Source: Bacteroidota bacterium | GTDB taxonomy: Bacteria; Bacteroidota; Ignavibacteria; Kapaibacteriales; NICIL-2 | Direction of reading: 5' to 3' | DNA: 64,000 nt | Assembly (NCBI GenBank): GCA_019695345.1 | Contig: JAIBAE010000017.1 | Span: forward strand, 563-64,562 | Part shown: piece after piece, positions 50,000 through 60,700 of the stretch | Position numbering within the stretch: the stretch's first letter is position 1 | Layout of the letters: each line of letters begins with the position of its first letter | The notes under the pieces: generated by a model | Seen by the model: only the letters and a program-made list of their open reading frames with translations | What the model was told of the DNA's origin: nothing | The model's database searches: none | Position numbers and translations under genes: made by a program

Positions 50000-52900
50000 T
50001 TAATGTGCGTTATAATAATCCAGTTCAATTGCGGCATTGTTATACTCTTCAACTGCATCGTAAAAAGCATTTTCTACAGAGTTAGTATTTGTAAACATTG
50101 TACTCCATTCTATGTAGGAGACATCGCCAGTTTGTAATTGTTTCGTAATAGAATTCCGAATTGATTGATTTTGTTGAAGTATTGTTTGGTTATAAGTATC
50201 AATCATACTTTTTGCGTTACGATACCGCAACAAAGCAAGTTGTTTGTGAGTAGTAAATTTAAGAAGAGCTTGTTTGTACTCCATCTCGGCTATGGTTTTT
50301 TGAATTCCGGCTGCCTCAATTTTTGATTGTTGAGCAACGAAGAAAAGCGGCAACGATATTCCAATTCTATAAGAAGTAAAGAATGTTGATGATGAGTTAT
50401 AATAAGGCATGTTGTCATCACTCGTCATCCAACCTCTGAACGATTGTTTAGAAACACCCAGGGTTAATTGTGGAAGTAACTTTGACTTTTCAACTCCAAG
50501 TACAGCATCATTTCTGTTGATATCAGCTGTAAATACTTTGAGTAAGGGATGTTCAGTTGAATCAGTACTATTAGGTTCATATTCAAAAGTTTGATGAACA
50601 ACACTATCTTGTATATTATCGTTCACCATTTGCCTTAATCTTAGTAGCAACAATTGCTTTGATGTTTGCAGCCGTTGCACCATAAGTTCAGATTGTTTTT
50701 TAAGTACAGAACTCTGAATTTTCATAGTTGTAGGAGTTTCTCCTAACTCAGCGCGTTGTGTTTCTTTTTCAAGCACCTTTTCATAGACTGAATCTATCTT
50801 CATCTGAAGCTCAAGCCTTCGATGTAACACAAGTACTGAGTAAAATGCCTTGCGAATTTCCATTGCCAAATCAAGTTCTGCTTGTGCCTGTTGCAATTTC
50901 TGAATCTCCTTAGAATACAACAATGCATCTTTTGCATACGTAAAGAATGTAGGAAATGGTAATGTTTGCGTAAACGACATACGAATATCATTATAGGCAG
51001 AATTTACATTTCCGTATTCTACATCAATAAGTGAGTGTGGAACTTCCCATGCAGTACCAAACAGCACGGTACTGTGTTCAACATTCTTCCTTGCAATTTG
51101 TAATTGTATATTCTTGTTTTTTGCTACTTGAATTAGTGAATCCAAAGTTGTGTTGGGTGTGGCTGAAGCTGTATTAGTTATAAAAAAGAAGAATACCAGT
51201 ATAATTACATTAATAGCTGTTTGTTTTCTTCGTTGTCGTTTAAGATAAAACTGTTCCGCTAACCTATACAATATTGGCAACACAATTAAAGTTAGGAAAG
51301 TTGAGGATAATAGTCCGCCAATCACAACGGTTGCCAATGGACGTTGTACTTCGGCACCAGCCCCCTGCGATAGTGCCATAGGCATAAAACCTAACGAAGC
51401 AACTGCAGCTGTCATCAACACCGGACGTAGCCTTTGCGAAGCTCCCTTAATTACTAACGATATAAGTCGTTCATTCCGGAGTTTTCTTCTGTCGTACTCA
51501 GCAATCAATACAATTCCGTTTAGAACCGCAACACCAAAAAGAGCAATGAAACCAACTCCTGCCGAAATACTAAACGGCATACCTCTTATAACTAATGCAA
51601 ATATGCCACCAACAGCAGAGAGTGGTATAGCAGTAAATATCAACATTGCTAAACGAACTGATTTAAATGTAAAATACAATAGAACTATAATAAGTAACAA
51701 TGCTACAGGAACTGCAACAGCCAATCTGTTCTTAGCTTTGGTTAGGTTTTCGAACTGCCCCCCATACGTAATGGAATAACCTGGTGGTAAATGGATGTTA
51801 TCTTCTACTCTCTTTTGTACATCTTTCACCACACTTTCAACATCACGTCCACGGACATTGAATCCAACTATAATTCTTCGCCGAGCGGATTCTCGTTGAA
51901 TTTGATTTGGGCCGTTTACTAATCGCACATCAGCAAGTACTTGTAAAGGTATTTGCTGACCGTTGTAACTTGGAACTTGTAGAGTTCTAACCGCTTCTAT
52001 ACTTTGTTCAATATTTTTATTCGTTCGTATAACTAAGTCATATCTCTTTTCACCTTCGTATACTATTCCTGCCCCTATACCTGCATATAATGCACTTACT
52101 GTTCTGTTTGCTTCTTCAACTGAAATTCCATATTGTGAAATAGCATTTCGGTTATAAGAAACTACTATCTGAGGCAAACCCGTTACTTGTTCAACATATA
52201 ACTCACAAGCACCCGGTATTGAAGCGGCAATACCACCAATTTGTTGTGAGTACTTTGCAAGTGTGTCTAAATCTTCACCAAATACTTTACATACAATATC
52301 TTGTCTGGCACCGGTCATTAACTCGTTAAACCTCATTTGAACCGGGAATTGAAATCCAAACGAAATGCCTGGTATTTCCTCAATTGTTGCACTCATTTTT
52401 GCTGATAGTTCTTCAAATGATGATGCTGAAGTCCATTCGTGTTTATCTTTCAGGATTATCATCATATCTGCTGCCTCTATGGGCATTGGGTCTGTTGGAA
52501 TTTCTCCGGAACCAATTTTTGTAACAACTTTTATCACTTCCGGGAATTTATTCTTCAAAGTTTGGGCTGCCTTTTGTGTTACTTCAATTGTTTGACTCAG
52601 CGAGCCACCTGTCATAATTCTGGTGTCGACAGCAAAGTCACCTTCTTCTAATTCAGGTATAAATTCACCACCTAAACTAAATAGAACTACCAAACTGACT
52701 ATAAACGCTGCTCCAATGCTACCAAGTACAAACACAGGTCTGCGAATAGCCCATTGTAACGATGGTATGTACTTCTTTTCAATGAACAACATCATGATAT
52801 CAGCAAATGTTTTTTTGTGATGCAACCGCTTATCAAGAACCAGCGATGTTATCATTGGTACATATGTAAGAGATAATAAAAAAGCACCCAAAACAGCAAA

Positions 52901-54382
52901 ACATACCGTTTGTGCCATAGGTTTGAACATCTTCCCTTCTATTCCAACAAGTGTTAAAATTGGTAGATATACAATCAGTATTATCACTTGCCCAAATACA
53001 GCAGAGTTCATCATAGTTGTGGCAGCTGTCCTAACTTGTTTATTCATTTCAGCTGTGTCTATGAGTAATGTATCAACTGGAAGTGCGGGTTGAAATTCAA
53101 TTGAATGGCGTTTTGTAAATGAATGTAAAACGTGCATTACCGATTCAACTATTATCACAGCACCATCTATTATCAAACCAAAATCTAATGCACCTAGCGA
53201 CATCAAATTTCCAGACACACCAAACAGGTTCATCATGATAACAGCAAACAACATAGAAAGTGGTATCACTGATGCTACTACCAAACCTGCACGTAAGTTG
53301 CCCAGAAAAAGAACAAGAATAAAAACAACAATCAAAGCGCCTTCCAGTAGATTTGTTTCTACTGTAGAAATAGCATTGTTTACCATCTTAGTTCTATCAA
53401 GAAATGGCTCAATTTCTACTCCTTCCGGAAGTGACTTCTGGATTTCTGCGATTCGTTGTTTTACATTCTTAATAGTTTGCGAAGAGTTGCCTCCCTTAAT
53501 CATCATTACTATTGCGCCTGCAACTTCACCATAATCTGTCTGATGCATCGCTCCATACCTCACTGCTGTCCCTAAACGGATGTCGGCAATATCCTTTACC
53601 AACAATGGTATGCCGTCAACAGTTTTTACAAGTGTATTTTCTATTTCTTCTTTTGAATGTAACAATCCTTCCGTGCGGATAAACAGTGCCATAGAATTGC
53701 GTTCTATGTATGCACCACCGGCATTTTGATTATTAGTATTCAATACCGAATACAACTCGGATAAAGTAATATTATGGCTTTTTAGTTTATCTGGATTAAC
53801 GGCAACTTCATATTGTTTAACGCCACCGCCAAAGCTACTTACATCTGCTACTCCTTCGGTACCGAGTAATTGTTTACGTATAGTCCAATCCTGAATATCC
53901 CGCAATTCGGTTGGCGTATATTTCCCTTCATATCCTTTTTTGGCTTTTACAGAATATTGATATATCTCGCCTAAACCGGTTGATACAGGACCTAATTCAG
54001 GAGTGCCTAAATACGCCGGAATCTGTTGCTGTAGTTGAATCAAACGTTCACTTACCTGTTGTCGTGCCCAATACACATCTGTTTCATCGTTGAATACTAT
54101 GGTAACCAACGATAACCCAAACCGTGAAAAAGAGCGCAGCTCTGTTTTTCCGGGAATGTTTACTATCGCTTGTTCAATGGGAAACGTTATTAACCGTTCT
54201 ACCTCCGGTGCCGCCAACGAAGGCGACACCGTGATAATCAACACCTGATTATTAGTAATATCAGGTACTGCATCTATAGGTAGTTGGGTTAACGAATAAC
54301 TTCCAAATGCAACAAGGGCCAGCACCAATAAACCAATAACTAACTTATTCTCAACGGAAAATCTAATTATACCGGCAAACAT
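50000..54382 (-). CDS. czcA: Heavy-metal-efflux RND pump (CzcA/CusA family) fused to a C-terminal TolC/CzcC-like outer-membrane factor
   Basis: Residues 1 to about 1040 form a 12-TM HME-RND permease. A hydrophobic signal-like segment (INVIILVFFFFITNTASA) follows. Then about 420 aa with outer-membrane-factor coiled-coil repeats in one continuous frame. Confidence 0.8.
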   Translation of the reverse strand: MFAGIIRFSVENKLVIGLLVLALVAFGSYSLTQLPIDAVPDITNNQVLIITVSPSLAAPEVERLITFPIEQAIVNIPGKTELRSFSRFGLSLVTIVFNDETDVYWARQQVSERLIQLQQQIPAYLGTPELGPVSTGLGEIYQYSVKAKKGYEGKYTPTELRDIQDWTIRKQLLGTEGVADVSSFGGGVKQYEVAVNPDKLKSHNITLSELYSVLNTNNQNAGGAYIERNSMALFIRTEGLLHSKEEIENTLVKTVDGIPLLVKDIADIRLGTAVRYGAMHQTDYGEVAGAIVMMIKGGNSSQTIKNVKQRIAEIQKSLPEGVEIEPFLDRTKMVNNAISTVETNLLEGALIVVFILVLFLGNLRAGLVVASVIPLSMLFAVIMMNLFGVSGNLMSLGALDFGLIIDGAVIIVESVMHVLHSFTKRHSIEFQPALPVDTLLIDTAEMNKQVRTAATTMMNSAVFGQVIILIVYLPILTLVGIEGKMFKPMAQTVCFAVLGAFLLSLTYVPMITSLVLDKRLHHKKTFADIMMLFIEKKYIPSLQWAIRRPVFVLGSIGAAFIVSLVVLFSLGGEFIPELEEGDFAVDTRIMTGGSLSQTIEVTQKAAQTLKNKFPEVIKVVTKIGSGEIPTDPMPIEAADMMIILKDKHEWTSASSFEELSAKMSATIEEIPGISFGFQFPVQMRFNELMTGARQDIVCKVFGEDLDTLAKYSQQIGGIAASIPGACELYVEQVTGLPQIVVSYNRNAISQYGISVEEANRTVSALYAGIGAGIVYEGEKRYDLVIRTNKNIEQSIEAVRTLQVPSYNGQQIPLQVLADVRLVNGPNQIQRESARRRIIVGFNVRGRDVESVVKDVQKRVEDNIHLPPGYSITYGGQFENLTKAKNRLAVAVPVALLLIIVLLYFTFKSVRLAMLIFTAIPLSAVGGIFALVIRGMPFSISAGVGFIALFGVAVLNGIVLIAEYDRRKLRNERLISLVIKGASQRLRPVLMTAAVASLGFMPMALSQGAGAEVQRPLATVVIGGLLSSTFLTLIVLPILYRLAEQFYLKRQRRKQTAINVIILVFFFFITNTASATPNTTLDSLIQVAKNKNIQLQIARKNVEHSTVLFGTAWEVPHSLIDVEYGNVNSAYNDIRMSFTQTLPFPTFFTYAKDALLYSKEIQKLQQAQAELDLAMEIRKAFYSVLVLHRRLELQMKIDSVYEKVLEKETQRAELGETPTTMKIQSSVLKKQSELMVQRLQTSKQLLLLRLRQMVNDNIQDSVVHQTFEYEPNSTDSTEHPLLKVFTADINRNDAVLGVEKSKLLPQLTLGVSKQSFRGWMTSDDNMPYYNSSSTFFTSYRIGISLPLFFVAQQSKIEAAGIQKTIAEMEYKQALLKFTTHKQLALLRYRNAKSMIDTYNQTILQQNQSIRNSITKQLQTGDVSYIEWSTMFTNTNSVENAFYDAVEEYNNAAIELDYYNAH

Positions 54383-54394
54383 GTTTTCCCCTTT

Positions 54395-54940
54395 TTATTT
54401 ATTATCATCGTCATCATCATCTTTACCATTTTCTTTTCCATTTTCTTGTTGTGGCGCAGTACCATTTTCCCCTTGCTGTATGCCTGGGGCTTGGTTTACT
54501 CCCGTTCTAATTTCAGTATGGCGTATCTGTCCACCAAGGTAACCGGTTCTTGCCATTGCAACACAAGTTACAACAGAAAGTACTGCAACACCATAAAGCA
54601 ATTTCTGCGCAACCGCTTCTTTATTCTTTGCAATTACTAAAGCACCTACAGCAGTTACAGCTGTTAACTCCATAAGAATCAATGCAAACTTTGCAGCATC
54701 TTCGTGTTCTTCTATAATCTGTTCAGAAACACCGGGTAAATTTTCAACTGATTCTTCGGCCGGTTCACCGGTTAAGAAAACAGGTATTGCAATCAACGCC
54801 ATGAGTATAATGATAACCGATGCTGTTTTTTGTAACGAAACATTTTTTCGTACAACAGCCCAAATCAACAACATAGTTGCAACAAGCAATCCTATAATTG
54901 GAAAATGGTTCAACAAAAGATGAATATGTGTGGCATTCAT
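54395..54940 (-). CDS. Small integral membrane protein with poly-Asp C-terminal tail
   Basis: Four TM helices. C-terminus ENGKENGKDDDDDDNK. SD-like ggaggat upstream. Confidence 0.45.
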   Translation of the reverse strand: MNATHIHLLLNHFPIIGLLVATMLLIWAVVRKNVSLQKTASVIIILMALIAIPVFLTGEPAEESVENLPGVSEQIIEEHEDAAKFALILMELTAVTAVGALVIAKNKEAVAQKLLYGVAVLSVVTCVAMARTGYLGGQIRHTEIRTGVNQAPGIQQGENGTAPQQENGKENGKDDDDDDNK

Positions 54941-54984
54941 AAATCCTCCAAAAAAAAATTATTATTCAATGATTTTACATGTGT

Positions 54985-55182
54985 TCCCGCATCTGCCGTA
55001 GCCATCCTTCAGCGCCGTCACACGGGCGGAGGATACCGTTACAGCATCGCGGACTTTAACGTAGAGTGTTTAATCTTGAGAAGTTAGTACAGGGTACTAC
55101 ATGCCTGAATAGTGCGACGCTGAACCGTTTGGTTCGCACCGGGTTGGCGCGCTGAAGCGTTGCTTCGGCATGTGAGCGTACA
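54985..55182 (+). repeat. Family-1 intergenic repeat, copy E (diverged)
   Basis: tctgccgtagcc ... cagcgccgtcacacgggcgg ... gaaccgtttggttcgcaccgggttggcgcgc ... gcttcggcatgtgagcg. Confidence 0.65.
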
Positions 55183-55192
55183 ACAATTGAAT

Positions 55193-55561
55193 TTAGATTT
55201 TAGGAGGCTGCCATATATCGCTATATGGTATTTCGGGTACTTGTGGTGTGTTTGGTATGTACGTAGGAATTGTGCTATAAGGGATAATGGATGTGTGCTG
55301 AACTTTTTCGGGGGTGTATAATGAACTTATATTACCTTCAAAACATTCGTCATGCTGATATGGCAAACTGTTGTCGTGTTCATCGTGATGATGAACCTTT
55401 GTATAGTGCTCTGAAATGTAATCAAGAAACGACAAATTTGGTTGAAGTATCAGGTGTTCTTGAAAGTGATGTAATAACACCGAAATTTTAAATACCTGAT
55501 ACCCTTCGGTTGCTGTTACCGAGATAATAGTAAACAAGAGTATGGCAATTCCTTTTCTCAT
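55193..55561 (-). CDS. Small secreted His-rich protein (possible metal-binding)
   Basis: Signal peptide. His-rich segment HHFQEH...HHHDEHDNSLPYQHDE. Confidence 0.4.
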   Translation of the reverse strand: MRKGIAILLFTIISVTATEGYQVFKISVLLHHFQEHLILQPNLSFLDYISEHYTKVHHHDEHDNSLPYQHDECFEGNISSLYTPEKVQHTSIIPYSTIPTYIPNTPQVPEIPYSDIWQPPKI

Positions 55562-55614
55562 GATGCAAATATACGTTTACATACTTAATGTATTGTGCAA
55601 TACTCTTGGAACTT

Positions 55615-55653
55615 TGTACAAAAAAAGCAGCTACATTTCCATGTAACTGCTTT
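55615..55653 (-). terminator. Bidirectional rho-independent terminator after the tlpA-like gene
   Basis: Hairpin gcagctacat-ttcc-atgtaactgc flanked by an A-run and a T-run. Confidence 0.5.
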
Positions 55654-55678
55654 TTATTAAAGTTAATACCTGTGTGAT

Positions 55679-56332
55679 TTACAATGCCTTTTTGATTGCC
55701 TCTGTAAACCCTGCTTTTGTGTTCATACCTATAATAGTACTTTTAAGGTTACCGTTTTTATCGAAGATAAACGTTGTTGGGATGGCCTCAATAGGTTGTA
55801 TTGCCGCATATGCTGAAGCTATACTTTGTGCACTTGTTTTACCGTTACCAACAATGTTTGTGTAGGTCATGCCCTGTGAGTCCATGAATTTACCAACGCG
55901 AACTTTGGTTTCCGGGTTTTCGCCATTTTCTAAGGCAACACCAATAAACACAACGTCTTTAAATTCTTTTGAGCATTCAATGATATCGGAGATTTCGCGT
56001 TTGCAAGGTCCACACCATGTTGCCCAAAAGTTAAGGAACACGGGTTTACCTTTGGCAAAATCTTTTAACTGAACAGTTTCACCTTTAGTGTTTTTCCAGG
56101 AGAAGTTTGTGTATTTAATCGTCTGTCCATTTTCCACTGCAACAAACTCACCAATGTAATCAGATGGTGATGCAGGAGTTGGTAACATTACTTGAGCGGA
56201 TGTCGATTTCTGCCCTATGGCAGTTGAAGCATCCTCCATTTTTGTTTTTGAGTCCTCGTTACTCTTTGAGCAACCTGAATACGTAAGTCCGGCTACTATA
56301 AGCAGACATACTGCAATTCTCATTTTAAACAC
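55679..56332 (-). CDS. TlpA-like thiol-disulfide oxidoreductase lipoprotein (thioredoxin fold)
   Basis: Lipobox YSGC. WATWCGPCK thioredoxin active site. Confidence 0.8.
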   Translation of the reverse strand: MFKMRIAVCLLIVAGLTYSGCSKSNEDSKTKMEDASTAIGQKSTSAQVMLPTPASPSDYIGEFVAVENGQTIKYTNFSWKNTKGETVQLKDFAKGKPVFLNFWATWCGPCKREISDIIECSKEFKDVVFIGVALENGENPETKVRVGKFMDSQGMTYTNIVGNGKTSAQSIASAYAAIQPIEAIPTTFIFDKNGNLKSTIIGMNTKAGFTEAIKKAL

Positions 56333-57173
56333 CTTTTATAAATAAAGAAAACAATTGTTCTTTGGGTATATCCGAAACAACAGAACAATATATTGTTTTT
56401 TCTCGCCAGAAAATCCAAGAATGTTTATCATCGCTTTCGGTTAACCATTTACCAGATTCGGCATACGAGACAGCACGTTCGGGAATTTGTAATACATGTT
56501 TAGTAAACATTTCCTCCGGTGCTTCGTACACATAAATGTATTTTCCTTGGTATGTGTACACAACATGTGCAAGTTTTTTCCCATTCATTACCGAAACAAC
56601 GCCACCTGCCAATGTAGCCGAAATATTGGGATGCAATATAGTATAATCAACACCCTGTTCACTGAAAAACTTATCTAATTCTTCGTAGTTGGATGTGGCC
56701 TTCTGAAGTTTTAATGTGCCAGCCAGGATTGCGTCAAAATTCTGAAATGATTCATCGTGAAAATTGCCGGCAACTGAATTTGCAGGAGATTGTTGGAGAA
56801 TAAAATAACCACCCGCAATAACAAGAAGAAAAGCAGGAACAACAAAAACAGGCTTTAATACTAACTCCTGTATAGTTTGTATTACCTTATCAATAACACT
56901 AATATGAGGTGTTGGTACAGACACCGATGTAAAAGCGACTTTTGAATATTCTTGTTGTAAAGCAGATTGTACAGATAGCCGAAGTGACTCAGGCATTGTT
57001 TGTAACGTTCTTAAGGTACCGGTTTTAGACTTTACAGAACGTAATACTGCCTTTTGAATCTGTATATCAGAATTATCCCTATGAACAGCAGATTCAACTG
57101 TTTGTTTTTCTGTATCGGTCAATCCTTGATTATCAAGATACCCCGATAATATGTCGTTTTCCCAAGTTTTCAT
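56325..57173 (-). CDS. Putative anti-sigma factor (membrane)
   Basis: Downstream of the ECF sigma gene and overlapping tlpA by 8 nt. Central TM segment (VFVVPAFLLVIAGGYFIL). Confidence 0.45.
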   Translation of the reverse strand: MKTWENDILSGYLDNQGLTDTEKQTVESAVHRDNSDIQIQKAVLRSVKSKTGTLRTLQTMPESLRLSVQSALQQEYSKVAFTSVSVPTPHISVIDKVIQTIQELVLKPVFVVPAFLLVIAGGYFILQQSPANSVAGNFHDESFQNFDAILAGTLKLQKATSNYEELDKFFSEQGVDYTILHPNISATLAGGVVSVMNGKKLAHVVYTYQGKYIYVYEAPEEMFTKHVLQIPERAVSYAESGKWLTESDDKHSWIFWREKTIYCSVVSDIPKEQLFSLFIKGV

Positions 57174-57187
57174 AAACCAACCACAAT

Positions 57188-57748
57188 TTAGTTATTAGTA
57201 TAACCTCGTTTTTGTGCATACAAATACAGTTTTGCTGCCAGAATATTTCTGGCGCGATGAATACGCGAACGAACAGTACCAATGGGGATCTGCAGAATAT
57301 CAGCAATATCTTCATAGCTGAATTCCTCAATATCACACAACTGAATTACGCTTCTAAACTCATCCGATAATGAATTTAGTGCAGCATCCACTTCATCTTC
57401 TAACATTGCAGAAAACAATGTGTGTTCCAAGTTGGAAGTATCTGTGTACGTGGACTTTATCTGTTCATAGAATTCTTCAACATCAGAATAATCCACAACG
57501 TCAGGTTCACGTTTATCACTTCTGTACTTATTGATAAAACTGTTTTTCAAAATCCTGAACAACCAAGCTTTACAATTAGTTCCACGTTCAAATTTATCAA
57601 AGAATCGAAAGGCCTTTAAATAGGTATCCTGAACCAAATCCTCGGCATCATCGCTATTTCTGCATAGTCTCATAGCATATTGATACAGACTATTCATATG
57701 CGGTAACGTTTCGCGTTCAAATTCTACTTTTATGTTCTCACTAATCAT
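57188..57748 (-). CDS. ECF sigma factor
   Basis: Region 2 (AEDLVQDTYLKAFRFF) and region 4 (EDIADILQIPIGTVRSRIHRARNIL). Confidence 0.85.
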   Translation of the reverse strand: MISENIKVEFERETLPHMNSLYQYAMRLCRNSDDAEDLVQDTYLKAFRFFDKFERGTNCKAWLFRILKNSFINKYRSDKREPDVVDYSDVEEFYEQIKSTYTDTSNLEHTLFSAMLEDEVDAALNSLSDEFRSVIQLCDIEEFSYEDIADILQIPIGTVRSRIHRARNILAAKLYLYAQKRGYTNN

Positions 57749-57788
57749 GAAATCCGAGAAAAATTTAGTTTCTGATTTACTTTTTCAA

Positions 57789-60700
57789 CTATTCTTCACT
57801 ACCCTTCATTTCGTCCTCAACATCCCCGCAATCATATTCACGGCGAGGTCTTTTTCCGCCACCGGTTGCCTTTTCATCCCCTCCTGAAATAGCTTTTAAG
57901 GCACGTTGTTCTAATTGGGCACGTACAAGTCTATCCCGTTCGCGCAGCTTGGCATCAGCCTCAACGTCAAAGTACTTTTTGCCATCAACGTAGGTTTGTA
58001 ATACACGAGAAAAGTTTGATAATGGGTTTCCTGACCAAAGCACAATATCTGCTTGTTTGCCAACTTCAATGCTTCCAACCAAATCATCAACTCCAAGTTG
58101 AATAGCAGGATTAATAGTACACATTTTAAGTGCTTCCTCTTGGTTAACACCGCCATACTTTACACTTTTCGCGGATTCTTGGTTCAAGCGACGAGCCATT
58201 TCAGCATCATCACTATTTACCGATGTTACTACTCCCTGCTCATGCAGTATTGCCGGGTTTTGTGGAATCGCATCAGCAACTTCCATTTTATAAGCCCACC
58301 AATCGGCAAAACTCGAAGCCGTTGTACCATGTTCTTTCATCTCACGTGCAACTTTATATCCTTCCAGAATATGAGTGAATGTTTTAACCTGAAAGTTAAA
58401 CTCATCTGCTAATTTCATCAACATCAGGATTTCACTTTGCACATAACTATGGCAGTGGATAAATCGTTTGCCGCGGATTATTTCTGAAAGTGTTTCTAGT
58501 TGATAATCTTTGCGTAGTGGCAATGCATCTTTTCCTGCGTTTTGTTTTTGTTTTTCATATTCCAATGCAGCACGGAATCCATCGCGCATAATTTCTTCAA
58601 CTCCCATACGGGTTTGTGGATAACGGACTGAGAACCTATCACCCCAATTAGATTGTTTTACGTTTTCACCTAAGGCGAATTTGATAGTACCTGCTGCTTC
58701 ACGGAATTTAAGTCCATCGGCATCATCGCCCCAACGGAGTTTAATTAGTTGCAACTGACCACCAATTGGATTAGCCGAACCGTGCAACAAATGTGAACTT
58801 GTAACTCCACCACTTAACTGACGGTATATGTTTATGTCATCGGGAAACAGAACGTCGCCAATACGTACTTCAGCGGTGATTGCGTGAGTTCCTTCGTTAA
58901 CTCCGCTTTCTATTGCAATGTGTGAGTGTTCGTCTATGATACCCGGTGTAACATGTTTACCGGTACCATCAACTGTTACTTCCGCACCCGATAAGTTTTT
59001 CCCAACTTCAGCAATCTTACCGTTTTTTAAAAGTACATCTGTTTCTTTTAATATGCCTTGTTTACCACATGTCCATACAGTTGCATTTTTAATCAACACT
59101 GTTTTTGTAACAGGTATACTATCTAAACCAAACGCAGTATTGGGATACGTAGTAGGCAATGATTTTGTAGCAATTTCTTTTTTGTCTTTAGTTTGTGGTT
59201 TTTCTACAAACAATGAGTCGCGTGTTGCAGAGAACAAGATTTCTTTTCCATTGTTCAACGTAAGGGTTCCAATCAGATTCAGCTGATCACCTTTTGCTGC
59301 AACACTACCAATTAACCTAACAAACCCTGCATGACCTAAAGTATCAGTTTGAATTTTAAGTGTAACTCTGGAACCACTAACTCCAATTGATGAAGTTAAC
59401 GTTGTGCTATCTTTCTTAACTGTTACGCCGGGTGATTCAGGTTTACCATCAATGTTCATACTCATCATGGGCAAACCTTGACCTGACTCAGGCATTAGCG
59501 TCCATTTTCCGCGTACATCATATTCAGCAGGTTTAGACATAACATATTCATCGCCTGCAACATATACCGATCGAATTACGGTTTCATCCTCAAACAAATT
59601 TCCAGTTGTAAGAATGAAGTTTGCTTGAAATCCTGTTCTCACCATACCTAGTACTTGTTGTGCACCAACCACCGAGGCCGGTATTGTTGTCATTGCTGCT
59701 AAAGCAACGTCTTCTTTCAGCCCCCGCTTTACTGCTTTACGAATGTTCTTAAAGTAATCTTCTTTGCTTTTTAGACCATGTGTAGTGAAGCAAAATCGTA
59801 GTCCGGCGGAATCGCACAACATTGGATTTTCCGGTGCGGCATCCCAATGGCGTAGTTCATCAAAGGAAACATCTAACGCACGGTCGGGCGTGGAAACATC
59901 CGGAACAGCCGGAAAGTTAACGGGTAGTATTAACGTAGGTTTAAAAGGTACTAATGATTTAAGTCTCCGATACTCATATCCACTTCCTTCGTACACAACA
60001 TTTAATCCAAACTCTTGTGCAATCTTTTGCCACCGTAAAATGGAATGTTCGTTTTCGGTTTCGCAAATAAATGTTTTCTTTGCCTTTAACGATGTTGCAA
60101 GTGCTTCGTAGCCAACATTGAACTCGGGTTTTTTGAGTGTGGGATTAACTTTGTAAGCAGCGTGGGCTTTATCATACCAGTCAGCATCCGATAAGGTTTG
60201 CTTAATTAATGCAATACTTCCCATCATGGCACTAGGGTACGGCGTTTTAGATGTTCCTTTTCTGAACGAAACCCATTGTGTTGCGTCTTCAAATAAAGCA
60301 ATCTGATGTGCTGTACCACCTTTGGCTAATACAACTACCGATGACCCTCTGAATATTCCATCCATCGAATTTGTTTGGAGGGCACCGAAGCCAAGTTTAC
60401 GGTATTCTTCCGCAGTTTTATCGTCAAGTTGCAATGCTTCAATAGCACGGTCTTGCGGCTTTACGGCAAGGTTCCAGTGTTTAGCTTGGTTCACTACCGG
60501 TGTTTCCGGTGAGTCTTCACCGTCGTCAAAACCGATGGGTTGTTCCGGTTTTTTAGGTGGAGCAATTCCTACATTTGTGTAGGGTTCGATAAATGCAGCA
60601 TAGCACCAAAGTCCTTTGCCATCTTTTATGGTGGCTCCGGCAGGAATATTTACTACTCCGGTTGCAATGATTTTGTTATCCTGAATTAGGACAGTTGCAT

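Noticed and set aside
48841-50070. Apparent overlap of about 70 nt between czcB and czcA
   Set aside because: The overlap is a by-product of the six-frame track using the first ATG. The start at 49992 lies 8 nt after the czcA stop and gives a normal lipoprotein-like N-terminus.
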